Of a DNA stretch of 64,000 nucleotides, positions 48,737 to 58,800 are shown one piece after another (position 1 is the first letter of the stretch; each line of letters starts with the position of its first letter). Source of the DNA: an uncultured Calditrichaceae bacterium (GTDB lineage: Bacteria > Calditrichota > Calditrichia > Calditrichales > J004); assembly GCA_964456445.1 (NCBI GenBank), contig CAYWBI010000004.1, positions 4,110-68,109 of the forward strand. Direction: 5' to 3'. Below the pieces are notes generated by a model that was given only the letters and a program-made list of their open reading frames with translations, made no database searches and was not told the origin of the DNA. The position numbers and the translations under genes are program-made.

Positions 48737-49214
48737 ATAACTACCTGTCTTTATAAAATGATTGTTGAATACCGTGTGGTAAAGAAAATTTACAATGAAA
48801 AATTATAAGCTAATTTTTACATCTTGTCAAATATATCATCGGCGGATGAAAGATAGGCAATAGTTTGAAATAAAAAAATTGTCCATGCGTTTTTTCCCTT
48901 GGGCAATATCTATGGGACTTTAATACTATCCCGGCTTGATAAAAACGGTACAGGGAGTGGGAGGGCAACACGAAAAAAACAGCCATAATTACGGATAAAT
49001 ACAATGTACAATTTGGCGCTACTGGCTTTTGTGTGGAAATAGAACAGGCCTATTAAGAAACCTGAATGCTCCTGAATTAAAAATGAATGAAAACCATTGG
49101 ATTTTGATTTCGTTTTAATAAGCAAATGGTACGGACAAGTCAATCACTTGACTTTCAATCAAATTGTTTTTCTTCTTTGAATAGCCCGGGGACGAACGAT
49201 CCGGTTGACTCATC

Positions 49215-49254
49215 GGGGCTTTAGCCCCTGAAGTTGTCGGGCTAAAGCCCCCAT
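49215..49254. repeat. Copy of a 39-nt double-hairpin unit also present at 2173-2211
   Basis: 49216-49254 (gggctttagcccctgaagttgtcgggctaaagcccccat) matches 2173-2211 (gggctttagcccctgtagttgttgcgctaaaaccccaat) at 34/39 identities without gaps, counted by hand. Confidence 0.7.
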
Positions 49255-49286
49255 CTGATACATGCAGGAAGGCAAACAAAACAAAG

Positions 49287-50636
49287 CTACAACAGTTGCG
49301 CGGCCTTGTTTTCTTCACCTGTTTTAACATAAAGCCCGGCCAGGCGTCTGCTGACCTGGGAATTTTCCGGTGCCTGAATATGCAACGCTTCGTAAATATT
49401 GATTGCCCGGTCCAGTTTTCCTGTTTTTATATATAGGATGCCCAGCAGATCCAATACATCCAAACGGCTGGGTGCCTGTTGAAAAGCATTGGTCAGCAAG
49501 CTTTCTGCCCGGATAAATTTGCCGCGTTGTAAAAAAGCCTTGCCCGCTTGCACCTTTAAAGCAATATCGTCCGGCCGATCGGCGATCAAGCCGGCATAAA
49601 GCGCTTCCGCCCTGGGGAAATTTCCATTCATCAGTTCCAGTTCTGCCTGGGCATAATCCAGTTTTTCTTTTCCAAGTAAAACATCCGTGCCTATTTGCCA
49701 GCCATGTATTTGGATGTATGATTCGCTTGTACGAATGGACTCGAGCGCCTTTAGCGCTTTGGAAAATTTATTGCTGTTTTTATATATTTTGTAGAGCAAA
49801 TAATAACCGCCCACCTGCTTCTCTTCCAGGGTTACGGATTTTTCTGCCAGGTCCAGGGCCGTTTCGTTTTGATTCAGATTGAGACAGCTCTCTGCCCAAA
49901 CGTTGAGCAATGTCGCTGTAAGTTCTTTATTAAGCTGACGTAAGGCATAAGCTTTTTCAAAATGAGGCAGTGCGAGCCGCGGTTGATCCATCAGATTATA
50001 TTGTTGGGCCAGGGTGAAGTGGGCATAAGCACTGTTTGGATTTTCACGTACCATCCGTTCCAATAGACGGCCATTCCGCTTGTGTTTCTCTTTGGTAATA
50101 TCCTCTTCCAGCGCATAACCAAGATGGTCAATATGTATCGGCATCCTGCGGCTTTCCACTTTTCCCGGCTGACGGGACATTAACTGCTCATGTATGATCC
50201 CCTTAAAAGATATCCCTTTATGATTTGTAAACAATCGATAGGCGGTACTGATGTGGACGGCAGCATCATCATTCGATGCATTATTGATCTGAACCTGGCC
50301 AATAACCGGACGTTTTTCATGGGGATTTAATTTCTTTAGAAAACCGCACGCATCCGGCGATAATCTTTCATCCGCATCCAGCCATAAAATCCAATCACCA
50401 GTGGCAGGTTTAATAGACGCATTCCGCGCGGCAGAAAAATCATCGCACCAATCAAAACTGTGAACATTGGCACCATATTTTTTAGCAATGGCAACCGTAC
50501 GGTCTGTCGAACCTGTATCAACAACGATCAATTGGCTGGCAACATTTTTAACACTGCGCAGGCAATCTTCCAAAAATCGTTCTTCATTTTTAGTAATCAG
50601 GCAAACGCTTAATGATGCCTCTGACACATTTTTCAT
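49287..50636 (-). CDS. GT2 glycosyltransferase fused to C-terminal TPR repeats
   Basis: LSVCLITKNEERFLEDCL...LIVVDTGSTDRT...FDWCDDFSAARN...LWLDADERL, then about 250 aa of TPR. Confidence 0.8.
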   Translation of the reverse strand: MKNVSEASLSVCLITKNEERFLEDCLRSVKNVASQLIVVDTGSTDRTVAIAKKYGANVHSFDWCDDFSAARNASIKPATGDWILWLDADERLSPDACGFLKKLNPHEKRPVIGQVQINNASNDDAAVHISTAYRLFTNHKGISFKGIIHEQLMSRQPGKVESRRMPIHIDHLGYALEEDITKEKHKRNGRLLERMVRENPNSAYAHFTLAQQYNLMDQPRLALPHFEKAYALRQLNKELTATLLNVWAESCLNLNQNETALDLAEKSVTLEEKQVGGYYLLYKIYKNSNKFSKALKALESIRTSESYIQIHGWQIGTDVLLGKEKLDYAQAELELMNGNFPRAEALYAGLIADRPDDIALKVQAGKAFLQRGKFIRAESLLTNAFQQAPSRLDVLDLLGILYIKTGKLDRAINIYEALHIQAPENSQVSRRLAGLYVKTGEENKAAQLL

Positions 50637-50646
50637 TTACTTCTTC

Positions 50647-52839
50647 CTAATTCATCAAAGGCGTATTGGGTTGCAGGGCATCGATCAGGCGTTCCATATC
50701 GCTCAGGTCCAGGCTATGTTTTGCCGATGAGGCTTTTACCTGGTTGAAGCATTCCAACGCCTTATCGGTATTGCCCATGTACATATCCACAATTCCACGG
50801 ATATACAGGGCGATATAGCTTTGACTGTTGAACCGCAGACAACCATCGGCATATTGCCCGGCTTCGTTGTAGTTATTGCGGGCCAGCTCAATTTGTGCCA
50901 GACGCAGGTATATAATTTCACGTATTTCGTTTGTCAAATTTCCGGTAGGGTTGCGGATCGCGCGTGCCAAAAAAGCGCCGGCCTTATCGAGGTCATTTTC
51001 CGCCTTATAGGCCTCACCAAGCTTAAACAGGGTATAACTATCCATTGGATGTTCAGCCAGTTGTTCGTTAAGCAAACGAAGGTTCCTTTCATTTCTTTGG
51101 GCATTTTTATGCATATAACCAAAATGATCGATGCGCAGGGCGCTATCGCCTAACGAGCCACCAATCCGCTTTATGGAAGGCACAATTTGTTCGTGGATAC
51201 GGTTTTCATAGCATACTTTCTTTTTATTTTGAAACAGCCGAACTTGAAATTCATCCAGATATTTTACCATGTCCTGATCCGGTTGGTAATTTCTTACAAT
51301 TATATTGACGCCCTGATGGCTGCAATCCTGTATAAATGCCCGTACTGTCTTTGCCGAAACAGGTTCCAGGGCTTCATCGGCGTCAAGATGCAGTATCCAG
51401 CGGCCGGTTGCTTTTTCAAGGGCCGCATTACGCGCGGCGGAAAAATCTCCATTCCAGTCATGGCGATAAATTTTATCGGTGTATGCCTGCGCTATTTCAA
51501 TAGTGCGGTCATTTGACCCCGTATCGACAACAATGATTTCTTCACAAACACCGGAAACACTTTGCAGACAGCGTTTAATGTTCGATTGTTCATTTTTAAC
51601 GATCAGACACAAAGTTAACAGTGGCCGTTTAGCCTGTGCTTTTTTACTTTTAGGTTGTAAAATACCCAACGTCTCCCACAAGTCGCCATCGATTTCCCGA
51701 AGATATCGGTCAAAACTATCCGGATCGATATTGGCCTTTTCCATGTAAACATCCAGCTTTTTCATATCCTTCATAAAAGTATTTACATCCGAGTGAGTAT
51801 TATGCAAACGCAACAGTTGATAAAGTGCATCAAACCGGTCATACTCTGTTATGGCCACATGCCGGGGTGCAATGCCCCGCAATAAACAGTGACGTATTAA
51901 ATCCAGACTATATTCATATTCCCCTTTTTTTTCGAGAATACGGATAACCGGTTTCACCAATCGATAATCTGACCAATCGATTCTTTCACCAATCTGTTGG
52001 GCGCCGGAAAGGAACACCCTCTGGCTGTCCTGCACGTTATAGTGATACACCCAGTCACCAAACATTCCCCAGATACCGATAACCGATGCACGTAAGGGCG
52101 GGTTTTCATGCAAAATAAGCGCCGAGGCTTTTTTTAATTCTTTCTCAAAGGAAGTGTTTTTTAAACTTTTAAGGGTCAAAAGGTATTTATATAAATAATG
52201 ATAATCATCTGGCGTTTTCTTTAATGCGTCACGTAAAATAGGGAGGTTACGGTTCAGCTTTTTTAAAGGGTCGTCATAGCCATGATGAAGTAACGTCACA
52301 CCGCTTAACCGGCCCAGCGGATCTGTTATTTGGTGTGCATCGGCATAACTGCTAACAGCATTACCGGGATGCTCATGTATAATCCCCTCATAATAAAATC
52401 CACGGAAATTCCGAAAGAGCAACAGTCGCTCCAGGCCATGGGCTTTCCCCGTCTCATCGACACTCTGCTCCTCTATAAAAAAGGCCAGTTTTCCGGTATT
52501 TTTTAGGATGTCCATCAAGTTTACTGTCTGGTTAACTTTGATTATATGGTCGGCATCTAAGTTAAGCACCCAATTTTTTGTTGCATATTGCAGGGCAAAA
52601 TTTCGGGCAGCGGAGAAGTCATTGCCCCATTCAAAGTAATAAACCCGGGCGCCGAAACTTTTGGCAATTTCAACGCTATCGTCAGTCGAACCCGTATCCA
52701 CAATGATTATCTCATCCACATATTCACGGGCCGCCTGCAGGGATTTCGGTAGATTCTCCTGCTCATTCTTAACGATCATACATAGCGATATCCCGTTTGA
52801 AACTGTATTCATTGGCACATCCTTATATAACTTCCACAC
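50647..52839 (-). CDS. Double GT2 glycosyltransferase with C-terminal TPR repeats
   Basis: Two modules of the same subtype. The first is ISLCMIVKNEQENL...IIVDTGSTDDS...FEWGNDFSAARN...LNLDADH. The second is LTLCLIVKNEQSNI...IVVDTGSNDRT...HDWNGDFSAARN...LHLDADEAL. A TPR tail follows. Confidence 0.8.
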   Translation of the reverse strand: MWKLYKDVPMNTVSNGISLCMIVKNEQENLPKSLQAAREYVDEIIIVDTGSTDDSVEIAKSFGARVYYFEWGNDFSAARNFALQYATKNWVLNLDADHIIKVNQTVNLMDILKNTGKLAFFIEEQSVDETGKAHGLERLLLFRNFRGFYYEGIIHEHPGNAVSSYADAHQITDPLGRLSGVTLLHHGYDDPLKKLNRNLPILRDALKKTPDDYHYLYKYLLTLKSLKNTSFEKELKKASALILHENPPLRASVIGIWGMFGDWVYHYNVQDSQRVFLSGAQQIGERIDWSDYRLVKPVIRILEKKGEYEYSLDLIRHCLLRGIAPRHVAITEYDRFDALYQLLRLHNTHSDVNTFMKDMKKLDVYMEKANIDPDSFDRYLREIDGDLWETLGILQPKSKKAQAKRPLLTLCLIVKNEQSNIKRCLQSVSGVCEEIIVVDTGSNDRTIEIAQAYTDKIYRHDWNGDFSAARNAALEKATGRWILHLDADEALEPVSAKTVRAFIQDCSHQGVNIIVRNYQPDQDMVKYLDEFQVRLFQNKKKVCYENRIHEQIVPSIKRIGGSLGDSALRIDHFGYMHKNAQRNERNLRLLNEQLAEHPMDSYTLFKLGEAYKAENDLDKAGAFLARAIRNPTGNLTNEIREIIYLRLAQIELARNNYNEAGQYADGCLRFNSQSYIALYIRGIVDMYMGNTDKALECFNQVKASSAKHSLDLSDMERLIDALQPNTPLMN

Positions 52840-55800
52840 CGGAATAATTTTTAAAACGTTCCTGTAATTGCAGGGCGTCGGAATTTACCGGATCAAGGGA
52901 TAACACCTTATCTGCAAATTTCCCCGCTTCAGCCCATCTTTCTATTTCGGAATAAAAGTTCGCCATAATTAATAATGTTTCAATATCGTCCGGATGTTTA
53001 CCGAGGATATGATCAAATGTCTCGATTCCGTTTTTATAATCTCCTGATTCAACCAATGAAAGCCCATAATTACGCTGTGCTTCCAGATAACCTGGATTTA
53101 AGCCAATGGCCTTTGCAAAACTGCCAAGGGCGTTCTTCAGCTCTCCATTTTGAAAGTAAATAATACCCAGCTGGTTGTAAGCCACTTCAAAATCCGGCCA
53201 TTTTTCAATCAATTTGTTCAGGGTGGTGATGGCCCTAATTTGTTGTTCTTTGCGCACAGCGCACAGGGCCTGGCCCATCAGCGCCTCGGGCGTTTCCTGC
53301 AGGTTAAGGCTTTCCTTAAAACAGATTTCCGCCGCTTCTTCCTTAAAGGCGTTGAGCAATTCGTAACCTTCATCGCTTTTTTGCTGCCAGGAGGAACGGT
53401 CTGTGCCGTTTTCCGTGCCCCTACACAGCTCCAGCATTTCGTTTACTTCGGGGTTTTCCGGATCGATGCTTCGGGCTTTTTCCAGATAAAGCGCCGCTTC
53501 TTCGTTCCGGCCGGCTTCAAGGTTAAAACGGGCCATCATGACCAGGGCAACCAAATCATTCTCATTGGTGGAAAGACAAGCCACAAAAACCTTGACGCCT
53601 TCTTCATACCGCCCGGTTTCTACCAACACCTGACCCAGGTTATGATGGGCATCCAGAAAAGATCCGTCCAGCTTAACGGTGTGTTCAAAATATTTCAGCG
53701 CAGTTTCAGGATCGCCCTGCTGCGCCTTGACCACACCAAGCTGGTTCAATACCATTGGATTATCCGGAAAATGCAGGTGCGCCTTTTGCAGGTATAGTTC
53801 GGCATTTTCCAAATCGCCCTGGGCCTGGCAACTAAAAGCCATGCCCACCAGCGCCTCTCCGGACAGCGGGTTTTCGTTCCAGACTTGTTTGTACAGTTCC
53901 ATTGCCCCCGCGGCCTCACCTTGTTCCAGCATACGGGAAGCCTGTTCAATCAAAGCCGGGTGAACTTTATGCAACGGATTCTTTATTTCCAACAGTTCGT
54001 CATAATCCACTTCCGGCCATTTTTTACGGAAGATTTTCTCATTGGCCTTCAGCGATTCCAGCAAGTCGATCTTGTTGGCTTTAAAGGAGCTATGACCATA
54101 ATGGTGAATATAGGTGCCGTCATGCACCATCAGCGCATAACCGGCGGCACGGATTTTAAGACTGATATCATCGTCTTCAAAATTGCCCAGGCCATAGCCT
54201 TCGTCAAAACCCTGCACCTGCTCATAAACAGTCCTGCCGGTCAACATGACAAAACCGGCCAACCTACGGCGCGGGGTAACTTCGCCCTGGTGTTGGGCGC
54301 GCCAGTTATCGGCAAAGGGATAAAAGCCCGCATCATCGGTGTAGGGTATGTTTTTCAGTATTTGCATGCCGCTGGCTTTGTTGGTAACCGCGCCGACCAT
54401 ACCGATGCGCTCATCCCGGTCAAAGGCGTCGATCAAATCCTCCAGCCAGCCATCGGCCACCAGGACATCATTGTTCAACAGACAGATATAGTCGCCACCG
54501 GCCTTAGCCACACCTTGATTGTTCCCGGCGGAGAAGCCGCGATTTTCACTGTTGTAGATAGCACGCACCCCATCATTTTGAGCGCTAAAAGTTTTTAGCC
54601 AATCGACCGTGCCGTCGGTTGAGCCGTTGTCCACAAAGATCAGTTCAAATGGATAGGCCGTGTGGGCCAGAACGGAAGCCACGCATTTACGGGTCATTTC
54701 CAACGCATTGCAGGTAAGCATGATAATGGAAGCCAGTGGGCGCCCGTCTTCTTCCGTCCGTGTGTCCCCACTATTGGGTTCGTACAACTTAATGGGCGTA
54801 CCGTTCAATTGTGTAGCGCTGCCATCGGTCTCTATACGAAAATCCAGCGGCACCTTGCCCAGCCATTTTTCATGCAGGCGATTGATATTTTCCGCTACTT
54901 TTTTAAAGCGTTCCACCCCGCTCTTTGATTCATGATGGATCACCTCGCTGTGCGGCTGGTAAACCACATCGTACCCGGCCTTCCGCAGACGGAAACAAAG
55001 ATCCACGTCTTCGTAACCGTTCCAAAAGCCTTCGTCAAATCCGCCCACCTGTTCAAAGGCCGTGCGGGGCGCAAGCAAACAGGCGGCGGTAACGGCCTGA
55101 AGCGAGATGATCAAATTGGTTTGCGGGTGGTCATGAGGCTGCCCGACCAGGATATTTTGGGCCAAAAGCGGATCGCCGTTCTTCAGGTCTTCCACAATGG
55201 CCACCCCGGCATGTTGAATGGTCATATCCGGATAGAGTAATTTACTGCCCACCGCGCCCACACCGTCATCGCTGCGCACAATGGCCAACATGGCGTCTAA
55301 CCAGTGAGCGCGGGGCTCGGTATCGTTGTTCAAAAACAGCACATACGGCGCCTGCGTGGTTTTTACAGCCTGATTGTTGGCAACGGCAAAACCGGAATTT
55401 TGCCTGTTGGAGATTACCTTTATGCGTTTATCCTTGCTGGCCTGTTCCTTCAGCCAGGTAGCCGTACCGTCGGTGGAGCCGTTGTCCACCACGATCACTT
55501 CATAATCGATGCCCGTGCTTTGCTCATTTACAGCTTTCAGACATTTTTGGGTATATTCCAGTTTATTGAAGACCGGAATAATAAGGGCCACTTCCGGAGC
55601 TGCCTGGGCTGCGATCACCGGCTCCCGTGGCGCTTCACGATCAAGCAGCGAAAAATAGGCGTCCCGCCATTGATGCAAGTTTTTACTTAACGTGTATTTT
55701 TCCGCCACTTCCTTCTGGGCGTTTTCAGCTATCTGAATGCGCTTTTGCGGATTATCGATCATCCATTTTATCGCACGGAACCAAGCTTTGTTGGTATTTT

Positions 55801-58800
55801 CCACCAATAATCCGGTTTTTTTATCCTGTACGAATTTGGGATAGGCGGCCAGTTTGGAAAAAACCGCCGGGATACCGCAAGCTGCATATTCCAGCCATTT
55901 GATATGGGACTTGGCCTTGTTAAAAGGCGTGTCGTCCAGTGGCACCAGGGCCAGATCGATATCCATGCCCTGCAGTTGCCGGGCATATTCAGGATAAACC
56001 GGTGTAAATTGCGGTCCGCGTACAACATTCGGCAGCTCCATCAGTTCGGGGATTTCATTGCCCCACAGCACCAGTTCCACCTTGTCTTTGTAAGCATTAA
56101 GAATTTTTATCAGCGGTTTGGCGATGGTCCGCAGATCGAGCTGATGGGTCATGGTCCCGGCAAAGAGTAGGCGTACCTTTTCACCACTTTGCACAGGTGC
56201 CTTAAAAGGCCACAGTTGTTCATCGATCACATTATGCAAAACACGCACATTATCGTTTTTGTCCCGGCAGTAGCGGGCCATATAATCGGTGGAGACGGTC
56301 ACCAGATCGGCATTTTGAATATACGCGTCCAGTTGCGGACGCATTTGGTTATAAAAATTATAGGCAAGATGTGTTTCCGGCAGCGTCCAAAAGGCGTCGT
56401 CAAATTCATAGACCAGCTTAACGCCAAAGGCATCGAGATACTTTTTAAGTCCCTCATATTTGTAGAACCCCGGCATATTGCGTTGCAGGATCAGGATATC
56501 CAGGTTTTCTAAATTGACGGTATAACCATTTTCATCTTTGGCGCTTAACTGCTGATAATCAATCCATCCGGCGTCATGCAAACGACGCAACGGTGCATCG
56601 AGGCGTATCAGAGGACAGGCACGATCAACAGGATCGGCCGAGAGAAATCCAATTCGCGGTTTATCCGATTGCTTGTCTTTATGTTTGAGCGGGGCTGCTG
56701 TTGGACCTTCACAAAAGAAATCATACCAGTACGCCGCATCTTCAGCAATGGTTAAAATCTCGGGTATCCGGGCGGCGCGCGCGGCAATGTCCTGCGGATG
56801 TTTTACGATTTTCTGCATGATTTTTAACAGCGCCCCACCATCTGTTGGCGGAAACAACCAACCGTTTTCCCCATCGGTCACCACATCCAGAATGCCCCCT
56901 ACCGCACCTGCAATGACAGGTGTTTTAAGCATAAAAGATTCCCTTACCACCATGGAATAGGTTTCGGTCAGCGAGGGTACAACCAGCACGTCAATCCGGC
57001 TGAGTATTTGCGGCAGGTCTGCCGGCTGATAAACACCCATGGTGCGTAAGCGGGGATCATCTTTACAGAATTCATGTAATTCATTTTCAGTCTGTGGCAT
57101 ATCCTTGCCCCAGATTTCCAGTTCGGCATCCATATCAGAGCCTTTAAAGGCAACGAGCAGGGTGGCCAGGTTTTTCAATTTGCCAAAGGTACCCAAAAAC
57201 CCAAAGACCGTTTTTTTATGTGGCCCGGAATTGCTAATGGGCGTTAGAGCCGGCAGGCCAAGCGGATGTACTTCTACCCTGTCGGCGGAGATGTAGCCGT
57301 TTTCCACAAAACTGTTTTTCACAAAGGTTGATGGTGCCGTTATCTTTTCTGCCGCTTTTAACAATTCCCGTGCGCTTTGTGCACGCATGCCCATTTGTTC
57401 TGTAACCATTTGCAGTTGGTTGCCCTGCGGCGCCTGCTTGTATAAATCAAAAAAACAAGAAGCGCATTTATCCTTTCCCGGACCGGAACAAAGAGTGCTT
57501 TTTTCGTCGATGTAAAAATGGTTACGAAAACACATCAGGGTAAAATCATGCAGCGTCACCGCATAGGGGATATTGTGTTTGGCCGCAATTTGCCCCACAT
57601 CAAAAGGGATATTCTTGATATGCTGAAAGTGGATATAACTGAAATCATTATGCGTCAACAATTCATCAAACATCTGTGTGAGGATTTCCCCACCCGCGCC
57701 CAGAAAATCATTGTATAAATTGAGGTCATACCACAGTTGCAGGGTGGTAATCCCCTTGTACACGCGCAGACGCAGCTCCGGCGTGGCCTGGTCTTCATCC
57801 AAATGCGGAAATAATACATGGACGGTCAGGCCTTTTTGTTGCAACGCTTTTACATAGTTGAAAACATAATTTTCCGTGCCGCCAAACCAGTATGGTGGAA
57901 AATTATGGACCACGACCAGGATGTTTTTTTTACCTGCTTCGGTGATGGTCATTTTTGGGGGCAGGATCATTTCACCCGGGAGCTCTTTATAAGCCGCTTT
58001 ATACTTTTGCCGCACCTGTTTGGCTTCGATCAACGGCGCGTTGCCACGGCGGGAAACGGTTTCATCGCTCAGATAATAGAGACCGATAAATTCCTTAAGA
58101 TGGATAAAGTCATGCTTTAATGCCACGCGCAACCAAAATTCCCAGTCGGCAGCGGATTTCAGCGAGGTATCGAAATAACCCAACTCTTCATGCAGGCTTT
58201 TGCGCCATACGGGATGCGGCCCGATGTAACACCAGGAATGCATCGTCCGCCGGTCAAAATCGGGCCAAACCAAATCCTGGCTGCCGTCGGAGCTGTTATC
58301 TTCAAAGGTTTCATTGGGCACGGTGGTAACCAGAGAATCACCATAGGCCAGGGCCTTATCCGGGTGGGCGTCAAGCAAACCGGCCAGTTTTTCGAGGGCG
58401 TCGGCACGCAGCCGGTCGTCCGTATTGGCGTTGGTCACATAGGGCGCCCGGGCCATTTTGATACCCCGGTTCCAGGATTCGTACACTGTTTCCCGTTGAT
58501 CGGTGCGCACATAGCGGATATGATCCTGTTTTTTCTGAAACTCTTCTACAATTGCTTTTTCATTTTGCGGGCTATGGGCGTCTATGACGATGATTTCCAG
58601 TTGGCCTTTTGTATAAAGGCTTTGATTTACCAGTCCCTCAAGACATCCGCGGATAAATTTTTCCGAATTATAGGTGGAAACAACCGCCGACACCCGATAA
58701 CTGTTAGCGGCCGGTTTTTCCGAAGACACGGAAAACGCAGGCGTTTTTGACCGGTAACTTTCCACCAGCGCGGGGAGGGCTTTCAGTTGATTTGGCGGCA

